A stretch of DNA of 64,000 nt from the NCBI GenBank assembly GCA_963664225.1, contig OY760937.1, positions 1,856,001 to 1,920,000 of the forward strand. Direction: 5' to 3'. Of the stretch, positions 39,723-48,488 are shown one piece after another; within the stretch, counting starts at the first letter, position 1, and every line of letters starts with the position of its first letter. Made by a program: the position numbers and the translations under genes. Origin of the DNA: Verrucomicrobiia bacterium. Its GTDB lineage: Bacteria; Verrucomicrobiota; Verrucomicrobiia; Limisphaerales; UBA1319. Under the pieces are notes generated by a model, which had not been told where the DNA came from, ran no database searches, and saw only the letters and a program-made list of their open reading frames with translations.

Positions 39723-41042
39723 ATGAAGACTATCACACGCGCTCACTGGTCACGGGTTTTCTTAACAGTGACGCTGATAGGTGCTTCAGTCCTTGCATTT
39801 CCACAATCCACCCTGTCCCAGGAGTTGTATAGCCATGGCAATCCCACGGATTTGGAGCAATACATGCTCGAACTGATCAACCGGGCGCGACAGGATCCGA
39901 CGGCAGAGGGAATCTTTCTCGATACTCTGAACACCTATTACACGATCGATGCGCGTTACAGAAAGCCTGCATTCTTTACCAATCTGCGTCAGGAGTTCCA
40001 ATCCTATCCAGTGGCCCAGCCCCTGCCATTCAATGCCAGCCTCATCCAGGCAGCCCGGGCCCATGCCAGCGATATGATCGCCCGCAAGTATTTTGCCCAT
40101 GTGACGCCCGAGGGAAAATATCCCTGGGATCGCGCCGCGGACGCGGGATATGACTCGACCTTTGTCGGGGAAAACATGCACAGCGTGGGCGCCACCAGCA
40201 GCGATAACGTGCTGTATGAACATTTTTCTCTGATGGTGGATTATGACAACCTGGCCCAAGCCACGAGTCCCCTTGGCCATCGGCTTAACATCCTAAATCC
40301 AATCTACAGTGAAATAGGTGTGGGGATCATTGGCACACTATCCAACGGAAAAACCGTTCAGGACTTTGGGGATGCGGGACATTCTTTTGTCCTGGGCGTG
40401 GTTTACAACGACCTAAATCATAATGGTTTTTATGATCCAGGCGAAGGATTGGCCGGTGCAACCATCAACCTCTCCATTGGACATCATTGCGCGATCACCT
40501 CGTCGTCCGGTGGATACGCCATCCCGCTGGATCCAGAGGAAACACGAACCGATACGGTGCTACTCACCGTGCCTGCGGAAGATGGTTGGACTGATGAAAT
40601 TGCAGCGCAGGACACTGCGTTCAGGGCGCAATTTACCGCGACCAACAAGGCGCCGGGGACCGTCATCGTTTCCGCTTCAGGAGGCGCCCTGACCAATCCA
40701 TTGGCCCGGATGGCGGCGATGACAAGACTCATTCAACTGGATTATAAACTCAAAGGCACCGATGGCTGGTATTTTAACCGCACATTGCTTGTGGGGCGGA
40801 ACACAAAAGTCGATTTTAATTCCGCGGCACAGTGCATTCCCAAGAAACTCAATGTCCCGATCATGGTTTCGAATAACGCCATTCGGTTGAGCTGGCAGGG
40901 AGGCACGGCGCCGTATCAGATACAAAAGCGCGCATCGATAACGCAGACAAACTGGCAAAATGTGGGAGTGCCGGTCACCGAGACCTCCTGCGTGTTGTCG
41001 AACAACGAATCGGCCTGTTTTTACCGGGTGATCTCGAATTAA
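39723..41042 (+). CDS. Secreted CAP (SCP) domain protein with C-terminal 'FYR' domain
   Basis: EQYMLELINRAR, AARAHASDM...YFAH, GEN, GHRLNIL...EIGVG; tail LSW..G..PYQIQ...W...FYRV. Confidence 0.85.
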   Translation: MKTITRAHWSRVFLTVTLIGASVLAFPQSTLSQELYSHGNPTDLEQYMLELINRARQDPTAEGIFLDTLNTYYTIDARYRKPAFFTNLRQEFQSYPVAQPLPFNASLIQAARAHASDMIARKYFAHVTPEGKYPWDRAADAGYDSTFVGENMHSVGATSSDNVLYEHFSLMVDYDNLAQATSPLGHRLNILNPIYSEIGVGIIGTLSNGKTVQDFGDAGHSFVLGVVYNDLNHNGFYDPGEGLAGATINLSIGHHCAITSSSGGYAIPLDPEETRTDTVLLTVPAEDGWTDEIAAQDTAFRAQFTATNKAPGTVIVSASGGALTNPLARMAAMTRLIQLDYKLKGTDGWYFNRTLLVGRNTKVDFNSAAQCIPKKLNVPIMVSNNAIRLSWQGGTAPYQIQKRASITQTNWQNVGVPVTETSCVLSNNESACFYRVISN

Positions 41043-41213
41043 CCGATCCGACGTCCGCATGGGAAATTAGATAATCCATCGCGAGACAAAGGCTGGGGTC
41101 AGGTGCATCTCCATTCTGGTTCGTCCCTTGAAAACCGATTCGAAGTCTCGAAAAAATATCGTTCAAGCCGTGGGATTCATGAAAACAATTCGGGCGCGGT
41201 CGGACGGCGGTGC

Positions 41214-41957
41214 TTAAATGTCCGTGCCGGCAGCGTTGGATTGATTGAGTCTGGCCAGAGTATTCAGCGCCTCCCTACTAACGGCTTCCATGGTCTGCAT
41301 GCCCCTGGAGATATTGGGAGCGTCACCGACCAGGATGGCCGCGCCGAGGCGATTGGCCGCATGGGCTAGGGCAGCCATGCCAAGCCTTTGTCCAGCGGTC
41401 CGAATGGTTTCAACTTCCTGCATGGCGGATTCCAGGTTGTCCACAGCAAGAGTTGCGCGCAACGCCCCAAAGTTATTGGAAGCCGAGCGGGTCAGTGCTT
41501 CAACAGCGTTACCGCAAGCCTTCAAATCGATGGGTTGTTTGGCGGACGATTCCGAATGGCCTGGGACAGGTGTTGGGGTGATGTTTTTATGAAAGATTTG
41601 CCGGACCTGGTCCAGGATGTTTTTGGAGGTAAACGGCTTGAGAATGTAACCGTCAATATCCAGGGAGTTGGCGCTGAGCATCCGGGGGCGATCATTGACC
41701 GCCGTACACATGATGACTTTCACCCCATGAAGGTGGTCGCTGGCGCGGATGCGGGCCAGGAGGTCCAACCCATCCATGCGCGGCATCATGATGTCCAGCG
41801 TGATGAGCACGGGCAGGAGCCCCCCCTGAAGCATCTCCCAGGCGGCCAAGCCATCCCTTGCCTCAACCACTTCAAAATTCGGCTCTGAACGCAGCACGCG
41901 ACGCAGAAGCATGCGTCCCAGATCATCATCATCAACAACAAGTATCTTTTGGTTCAA
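41214..41957 (-). CDS. Response regulator: REC plus Hpt-like helical domain
   Basis: ILVVDDD, LDIMMPRMDGL, YILKPF; C-terminal four-helix pattern. Confidence 0.85.
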   Translation of the reverse strand: MNQKILVVDDDDLGRMLLRRVLRSEPNFEVVEARDGLAAWEMLQGGLLPVLITLDIMMPRMDGLDLLARIRASDHLHGVKVIMCTAVNDRPRMLSANSLDIDGYILKPFTSKNILDQVRQIFHKNITPTPVPGHSESSAKQPIDLKACGNAVEALTRSASNNFGALRATLAVDNLESAMQEVETIRTAGQRLGMAALAHAANRLGAAILVGDAPNISRGMQTMEAVSREALNTLARLNQSNAAGTDI

Positions 41958-42111
41958 AGCTGAATAAGTGCAAAACTTTTTACTGCATTCTTATTCTCGT
42001 TTCAATGAAATATTTCGTTCATAATGAAACATATGCGGATATTCAGGGCTTTGTTCCCGGCCCGTGATTTTGCGGTGTTTCAACCACATTCCATAAACGC
42101 GGTTCAGAGTA

Positions 42112-44112
42112 TCAGGCTTTATTCGATGCTCCTTCCCGGATTGAAGCCAGCGTTTGGGCGATCATCGCGTTGGCATCGCCCGTTTTAAAAGGTTTGTCGA
42201 GGATTCTGACATCGGCAATCCCCTTCAAATGCTTGCGCTCATCCTCGCTCAGAAATCCGGAAGCCATGATAAATTTCATGTTCGGGTTGCGGGCGGCCAC
42301 CCTCTCAATAAGTTGCCCGCCATTCATCCCTTTCATTTTATAATCTGTAAACAGAAGGTCGATCGGATCCTTTTCCGTCTCGAGAATTTCCAGAGCCGCC
42401 TCGGCGCTTGTGGCGGGGAGGACTTCATAACCGACTGTGCGCAGGCAGGACACCGTCAGCTCCAGCATCAGATCCAGATCGTCCACCACGAGGATGCGTC
42501 CGAGTCCCGTCTCCGTTGTTGGCCGGGCGGGTATGACCTCAGATCCGAGTTCCGCATGGACGCTGGGCATGCAGAGTTTTATGACGGTACCCTGGCCCTG
42601 TTCGCTTTCCACATCGATAAATCCATTGGCCTGGTTGACAATGTCACAGACAATGGACAGACCCAACCCGGTGCCCTTCCCCTTTTCTGTGGCGGTGTAA
42701 AGGGGATCGAAAATCCGGTGCATTTGTTCCCGCGGAATGCCCGCGCCGGTATCTGTCACCGAACAGCATACAAAATCGGTTCCTGCGGGATACTGCGTCC
42801 TGCCAGCCTGACCGGGTGTCAGCTTGAAAAGATGGATGTCCAGAACAAGACGTCCGCCATGGGGCATGGCGTCCACCCCGTTGGCGCATATGTTAAACAC
42901 GATCTGCCTGGCGAGCGTGGAATCCATGCAAACCAGGGCTGGACGACTGGCAGGAGTGGCTTTCATCTCGATATTGCCCCCGGGCGCAAAATGGAAAAGC
43001 TGACAGGCCTCCTGAATAATCTGATTGAAATCCACAACCGCGACCTTCTCATCCGACACCCGGCTGAACGAGAGCAACTGCTGGGTGATGGTTGAAGCGC
43101 GCCCCGAAGCTTGCTCGATCACCTGAATCTTGCGGCGCATCGAATCGGGCAGCGCCGGATCCATGGAGATCAGGCTCGCATTGCCACAAATTACCTGAAG
43201 CAGGTTAATAAAATCATGCGCTGCGCCCGCAGTCAGAGACCCCAACAGCGCCATGTTCTGCGTCCGATACAATTGCTGCTCCAAATGACGAATCCGATTC
43301 TGGTCGGCGCCAGAGTTACTTCGGTCTCCGGCCTCCTCCTCCTGCCCTCGGGGGGGCCTGACCGCGTCCCGCTCAAAGGCCGCATACCCATTGAGCACCC
43401 CCTCCGCGTCATACAATGGCGAAATCCTGGCGTCCACAGTGTATCGAACGCCATCGGCGCGCACGTTCTCCAATTGACCCGTCCAACTTACCCCCTCTTT
43501 CACGCTGGCCAGATAAGACTGCATCTGGGCAACGCCTGCTGGCGAACGCAAAAAATCCGCTGTCTTCCCCAGAACCTCTTCCGCCGCGTATCCCGTTGTT
43601 GCGGAAAACGCCCGGTTGATATACTCGATTTTGAATTCCGGGCCTGTTAAATAGATGACTTCCGGCGTGGCATTAGCCGCCGACATAAGGCGTTGCGCAT
43701 GCGCCTCCATTCTCCACCGGCAATTGGCATCCTTGAGCGTGATCAGCGAAAAATCCTCATCGAGTGCCGTGACCTCCAAATCCGCCAGGAGGCAAATCTT
43801 CCCTTCCACGAGCAGGGAAACTGACAAAAGCGATTCTCTGTCGCCTGGATCCCGGCGCAACATCTCCATTACTTTGTTCCCGCTGCCAGCGGTCAAACGA
43901 GTCAAAATATTGGACTGTCCGCATTCCGCCGCTGTTTCGGGTAGCGCCAGCAATTGAGTCGCCTTTCTGTTCGCGGCAAATAACGTACCATCATCGCGGC
44001 ACACCACCCGCGCATGATCCGGCTGATCGAAAAGACGACGCCACCAATGTCCTTGGCTTGAAGGAGATACACTAAAGCCAACCGATTTTGAATTAATGTC
44101 TTCCACCATCAT
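42112..44112 (-). CDS. PAS-containing hybrid histidine kinase
   Basis: AHDFINLL H-box, DTGAGI, GKGTGLGL, C-terminal REC. Confidence 0.92.
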   Translation of the reverse strand: MMVEDINSKSVGFSVSPSSQGHWWRRLFDQPDHARVVCRDDGTLFAANRKATQLLALPETAAECGQSNILTRLTAGSGNKVMEMLRRDPGDRESLLSVSLLVEGKICLLADLEVTALDEDFSLITLKDANCRWRMEAHAQRLMSAANATPEVIYLTGPEFKIEYINRAFSATTGYAAEEVLGKTADFLRSPAGVAQMQSYLASVKEGVSWTGQLENVRADGVRYTVDARISPLYDAEGVLNGYAAFERDAVRPPRGQEEEAGDRSNSGADQNRIRHLEQQLYRTQNMALLGSLTAGAAHDFINLLQVICGNASLISMDPALPDSMRRKIQVIEQASGRASTITQQLLSFSRVSDEKVAVVDFNQIIQEACQLFHFAPGGNIEMKATPASRPALVCMDSTLARQIVFNICANGVDAMPHGGRLVLDIHLFKLTPGQAGRTQYPAGTDFVCCSVTDTGAGIPREQMHRIFDPLYTATEKGKGTGLGLSIVCDIVNQANGFIDVESEQGQGTVIKLCMPSVHAELGSEVIPARPTTETGLGRILVVDDLDLMLELTVSCLRTVGYEVLPATSAEAALEILETEKDPIDLLFTDYKMKGMNGGQLIERVAARNPNMKFIMASGFLSEDERKHLKGIADVRILDKPFKTGDANAMIAQTLASIREGASNKA

Positions 44113-44346
44113 TATTCCTTTGGGGCAGCGAATTATTTTTACGGCGCCCTAGCCCACCGACTCCGTCTTCTGCGTCAGCGTATGAACTTGATCTGCAAAT
44201 TACCAGTTTCTTATCGGCTATACAGGCCTCCCACTTTAGCGTTGTTTACCAGGGAAATCGCACCATCGAGAACCGGTATAAATCCAAACTCCTAGTTTTA
44301 GTCTTTCCCACGCTCCCTTCTTTGTAGTAGGGTCTGGCTCTCTGAA

Positions 44347-45048
44347 ATGAAGATTTGTTTTTTAGGAATACCGGGAATTAACATCGGCAAGCACAACGTC
44401 AAAGATCCCCGATTGGATCAGGCGGACAAATTGGTGGAAGCCAAGAAGAAGATCTGTGTCCAGGTGGATGTCCTCCCCGAGTCAGATCAGGCGGATGCCG
44501 ATGCGCTGATCATCTCCGCCGACACCAAGCCGGATGTGATCCTGAACGATTTGGAATTCGTGGAAACCCGCCTCAGCCGCGGCGCCGATGGGGTCGAATT
44601 GGAACTGCTCAAGAAGGTGAAACCGCGCCTGGATGCCGAGCAATTCGTTTTTGGAGTGGAAACCAACCCCGAAGAAGCCGCCATCCTGGCCAGTTACCGG
44701 CTCTCAACCGCCAAACCGATTGTCGTCGGGGGTGCTGACGCGATCGAACAATCCGGCACACTGATTTTTCAGGCCTATCAGCTCAGCGGCTTCATTTCCT
44801 TCCTGACCGTGGGCGGTAAGGAAAACCGGGCCTGGCAGATCCGAAAGGGCGCCACGGCGTGGGATGCCGCCGGAGCCATCCATACCGATATCCAAAAAGG
44901 ATTCATCCGGGCTGAAATCATCAATTTCGAGGACCTGGTTCAAGCCGGCGGGGAAACCCAGGCGAAGCGCGCCGGGAAAATGCGCCTTGAAACCAAGGAA
45001 TATGTGATGCTCGACGGCGATATCACCAATTTCCGGTTTAACAAGTAA
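44347..45048 (+). CDS. Short YchF-like (DUF933) protein
   Basis: DLEFVETRL, ISFLTVGGKENRAW, AAGAIHTDIQKGFIRAE, EYVMLDGDI..FRFN; only 233 aa. Confidence 0.85.
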   Translation: MKICFLGIPGINIGKHNVKDPRLDQADKLVEAKKKICVQVDVLPESDQADADALIISADTKPDVILNDLEFVETRLSRGADGVELELLKKVKPRLDAEQFVFGVETNPEEAAILASYRLSTAKPIVVGGADAIEQSGTLIFQAYQLSGFISFLTVGGKENRAWQIRKGATAWDAAGAIHTDIQKGFIRAEIINFEDLVQAGGETQAKRAGKMRLETKEYVMLDGDITNFRFNK

Positions 45049-45205
45049 TAGAGAAGTACACGACTTGGAGCGGTGAAAACCGCTCTTTAGTGAGACATCG
45101 AATGTGTTCCGGAATCCTGAAAGATTTCAAGGAAGCACTGTGCTGGTTTTTCACAAGGCGGTAAACTTTTCGGGTTTCCGCGCTTCCCAGCCGCCATAAG
45201 TCGCG

Positions 45206-45598
45206 TTAAAGACCACCCAGCCAATAGACCAAGGCAATTTGCCCAAAGCCCAAACCGACCAGCGCAGCCCAAATGATCGCCTCCCGCCATTTGAGTTCAA
45301 ACTGCCGGGGATCACTGAGCCAGAACCGGATCTTTGCGGAGCCCAGCTCGATCAGGTCTCCATTTCGCAAAATTTGCCGTGTAAAATCGCTCCCGTTGAC
45401 CAGGCCTGATGCGTGCGACTGAACAACGGCCACAATCCTGTCATCCTCGTCCAGGCCAAGTTCCAGATGTCGATCCCACACCCCGAAATCATCGAGTTGT
45501 GTGTCGTTGCCCGATGCCCGCCCAATTTTCCACGGCAATCGGGGCACAAGAACGCCTTGACCCGCCCGCTTGCCAGAAAGAAAACGCAGTTGAACCAT
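45206..45598 (-). CDS. FHA-like domain protein with C-terminal TM helix
   Basis: WKIGRASGND...RH, LVNG...LRNGDLIELGS; hydrophobic tail. Confidence 0.75.
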   Translation of the reverse strand: MVQLRFLSGKRAGQGVLVPRLPWKIGRASGNDTQLDDFGVWDRHLELGLDEDDRIVAVVQSHASGLVNGSDFTRQILRNGDLIELGSAKIRFWLSDPRQFELKWREAIIWAALVGLGFGQIALVYWLGGL

Positions 45599-46218
45599 CA
45601 GATAAGCCGCCGTGGAACCACGATGCGATCACCAGGGTAGATCTCAAGATCCAGAGTTGGATTCTCGAGTGCCTTGACGCAATTGACATAGACGATCTTG
45701 CCGTTGCCGCGAATAATCTGAACCTTGGTTTTCTTGGCGAAATCCGTGAAGCCGCCTGATGCCGCAATGGCGCCCAAAACCGTGATGCGTCCAGAATAGA
45801 CCTGGCGACTGCGGTTGTTGACCTCCCCCTGCACATACACGAACCGGTTCTCCGAATTCACATTGACACTTAACTGGACGAAATACTTGGGCACGTACAT
45901 TTCGTGCAGCTTTTTCTCCAATTCCGCTGTCGTCATTCCCATAACCTGCACCGATCCAATCAAGGGCAGGCTGATCACGCCATCCTGCTTGATGCGGCCT
46001 TCGAAACGATCCGGCGGGCTGGGCGGGCCTGAGAACACGACGGTGACGGAATCCTCGGCCTGAAGCCGGCCGGAGCCAACCGTGGTTGAGATTTGATCAG
46101 AGCCATCCCTGGCGCCGACGCCGTTCTGCATCGAACCGCACCCTGTAAGGACGGCCAGCAGACACACGCAACCCAATCCCGCGCACCATGCGCCCCATGT
46201 CTTCAGCGTTAAGCTCAT
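45598..46218 (-). CDS. Short OPX/Wza-family polysaccharide export lipoprotein (Poly_export + SLBB)
   Basis: Lipobox LTGC; DGVISLPLIG, VYVQGEV, AIAASGGFTDFA, PGDRIVVP. Confidence 0.9.
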   Translation of the reverse strand: MSLTLKTWGAWCAGLGCVCLLAVLTGCGSMQNGVGARDGSDQISTTVGSGRLQAEDSVTVVFSGPPSPPDRFEGRIKQDGVISLPLIGSVQVMGMTTAELEKKLHEMYVPKYFVQLSVNVNSENRFVYVQGEVNNRSRQVYSGRITVLGAIAASGGFTDFAKKTKVQIIRGNGKIVYVNCVKALENPTLDLEIYPGDRIVVPRRLI

Positions 46219-46252
46219 ACTATTTTTATAAAAACTGCTACAATAATGACAA

Positions 46253-48427
46253 TCAATACTTTTTATTCAGATCGACTTTCGCCTGATCACCGACCGCCTT
46301 TTTGTCTGTTTCCCCGGGCTTTTCCGCGGAATCTTCGGACCGCTTGTAATAGTAATCGTAATAATAACCGCTGTAGTAGTAGTAGTAGGAATCCTGGGAA
46401 ATGTTGATGTTGTTCAGGACCACACCCATCAGATGCCCGCCCACCTTCTCCACCATCTGTTTGGCGCGCAGGGTCATCATTTGAGGATACTTGCGGTATT
46501 GCACCACCAGCAGCGTCATGTCCACTTCGCTCGCCAGGACGGAAGCGTCGCTGACACCCATGATGGGCGGCGAGTCGAAGAACACCACATCATAACGCTG
46601 GCGGACATCCTTGATGAATTCGCGCATGCGTGTCGAATTCAAGATGCCCATGGAACTGCTCGGCAGCTTGCCGCTGGGCAGGAAGTCCAGCATGGGCTGT
46701 TTGGTCGTCTGAATCACTTCTTCAAGCGTCTTTTGCTTAAGCAAATAATTCGTCAAACCTATCGCATTGCTGATCTTGAGGAATTTGTGCAGGCTGGGGC
46801 GGCGCAAGTCCGAGTCCACGACGAGCACGCGCTGGCCGTTCTGGGCAAAAACGGTCGCCAGGTTGAACACCGTGGTCGATTTTCCTTCGCCGGCGCCGCC
46901 GCTGACGACGGTGATCGTATTGATGCCCTCGTTCTTGCGCGAAAACATCAGGTTGGTGCGCAAGACACGATAGGCCTCCGCATGCGGGCTGTCCGGTCCC
47001 TCGTCCATGAGGAAGCCCACGTTTTGGGGAATGACCCCGAGCACCGGGGCTTGCAGCGCCCGTTCCACATCGTCGATTGTCTTGACGCTGGTATCCAGAT
47101 ACTCGATGAAAAACGCCAGGCCGACGCCCACCGCCAAACCGACGATCACCCCCAGGGCGATGTTCAGCGCCACGCGGGGTCGCTCAAATTTCAAAGCCGG
47201 CTCTGCGCGATCCACCACCTCCACGATTGAGCTTTTCGGAAGCTTCGTATCCACCTTTTCCTGGATGATTCGCATGTTGATCGTCTGACGAATCTGTTTC
47301 TGGAAATCCAAATCGCGCTTGGCCATGGCGAAGCCGCTGTATTTTTTGGCATTCTCCACATCCGCTGTCTTGGCTCTTTCCAATTCCGCCGTGCGCAGGT
47401 CCAAATCCTCCTTGTAGCCGGCCGCCTTGATCTGCAAGCCCTCCAAAACACCGGCCACCTTGTTCGTAATCTGCGAGTCGATCTTCGCCAGCAATTGCTG
47501 CGCCCTCACCACCTGCGGATGATCCGCGCTGTAGTCCTTGCGCAACGTGGTCAATTCCTGCTCCGTCATGTCATAACGGGAAAACAGATCATTCAAATTC
47601 ACATCCGGAGCGACCGTCGGCAGCACGATTCGCAACTCCTCCTTGTTAAGCTTCAACAATTTCGTCAGCGTCGATTGCATTTGCCCATAGGCCGTCATCG
47701 CTTCAATGCGTGAATTCTCCAGACGCCGCACCGTCTCCGGCTCCAGGGTGCTTACCTGGCCGCTGTCCGCCTGAATTTCGGAGATATTGAATTTCTCCCT
47801 CAAATCATCCACGGTAGCCTGAGCCTTCTTGACCTTTTGCTCCTGGATAAGCAACTCGTCTTCCAAGACTTGAACGCCCCGGGCGGACGCTTCCCGCCGA
47901 CTGGAAAGGCGGGTCTCCCTGTAAACATCCGCAATTTTATTGGCGATTTCCGCCGCCTCGTCCTTTTCCTCGCTCAACACCTTGATTTCGATAAGCGAGG
48001 TATTGCGAAATTGACGCACATCCAAATGTTTGCGCAGCACCATGAAAGTCTCGGGCGTCTTCAATGAAACGCCACCCCCGAATCTCTTGGCCCAACGATC
48101 GTTGAGACCCAGATTCGTGATCACATTATAGAGAACCGTCTTGGATGTGATCTTTTCAAATTCCGTCTGAATAAAGAAGGCGTCGTAACTGGAGCCTGCC
48201 TGGCGAAATTCGAACAAGCCGGGAATATCGGAAATATCTTTTTCCACGGAAATGCGCACCGTGCTTCCGTAATATTTGGGCAGCCAGTAGGTGACAATTG
48301 TGGTCGTGATGACCACGAGAAGAAACACCGCAAAAATAACGGTCTTGCGGATGCGTATGATCCGCCAGTAGTCCAAAAAGTGGAGCTTATTGTCGGGGGC
48401 CTGCTGAGCAATATTCGGGGTATCCAT
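46253..48427 (-). CDS. wzc: Wzc-family polysaccharide co-polymerase / tyrosine autokinase
   Basis: Two TM helices, coiled-coil periplasmic region, EAYRVLRTN, GEGKST, DSDLRRP, FDSPP, Tyr-rich tail. Confidence 0.93.
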   Translation of the reverse strand: MDTPNIAQQAPDNKLHFLDYWRIIRIRKTVIFAVFLLVVITTTIVTYWLPKYYGSTVRISVEKDISDIPGLFEFRQAGSSYDAFFIQTEFEKITSKTVLYNVITNLGLNDRWAKRFGGGVSLKTPETFMVLRKHLDVRQFRNTSLIEIKVLSEEKDEAAEIANKIADVYRETRLSSRREASARGVQVLEDELLIQEQKVKKAQATVDDLREKFNISEIQADSGQVSTLEPETVRRLENSRIEAMTAYGQMQSTLTKLLKLNKEELRIVLPTVAPDVNLNDLFSRYDMTEQELTTLRKDYSADHPQVVRAQQLLAKIDSQITNKVAGVLEGLQIKAAGYKEDLDLRTAELERAKTADVENAKKYSGFAMAKRDLDFQKQIRQTINMRIIQEKVDTKLPKSSIVEVVDRAEPALKFERPRVALNIALGVIVGLAVGVGLAFFIEYLDTSVKTIDDVERALQAPVLGVIPQNVGFLMDEGPDSPHAEAYRVLRTNLMFSRKNEGINTITVVSGGAGEGKSTTVFNLATVFAQNGQRVLVVDSDLRRPSLHKFLKISNAIGLTNYLLKQKTLEEVIQTTKQPMLDFLPSGKLPSSSMGILNSTRMREFIKDVRQRYDVVFFDSPPIMGVSDASVLASEVDMTLLVVQYRKYPQMMTLRAKQMVEKVGGHLMGVVLNNINISQDSYYYYYSGYYYDYYYKRSEDSAEKPGETDKKAVGDQAKVDLNKKY

Positions 48428-48431
48428 TGTC

Positions 48432-48466
48432 AAAAAAAAGGAGGCTAGATTTCAACTCCAGCCTCC
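48432..48466 (-). terminator. Intrinsic-terminator-like hairpin between the beta-barrel gene and wzc
   Basis: Minus strand GGAGGCTGGA-GTTGAAA-TCTAGCCTCC-T8. Confidence 0.7.
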
Positions 48467-48488
48467 CTCGCATTTGGTTTAAATAGGC

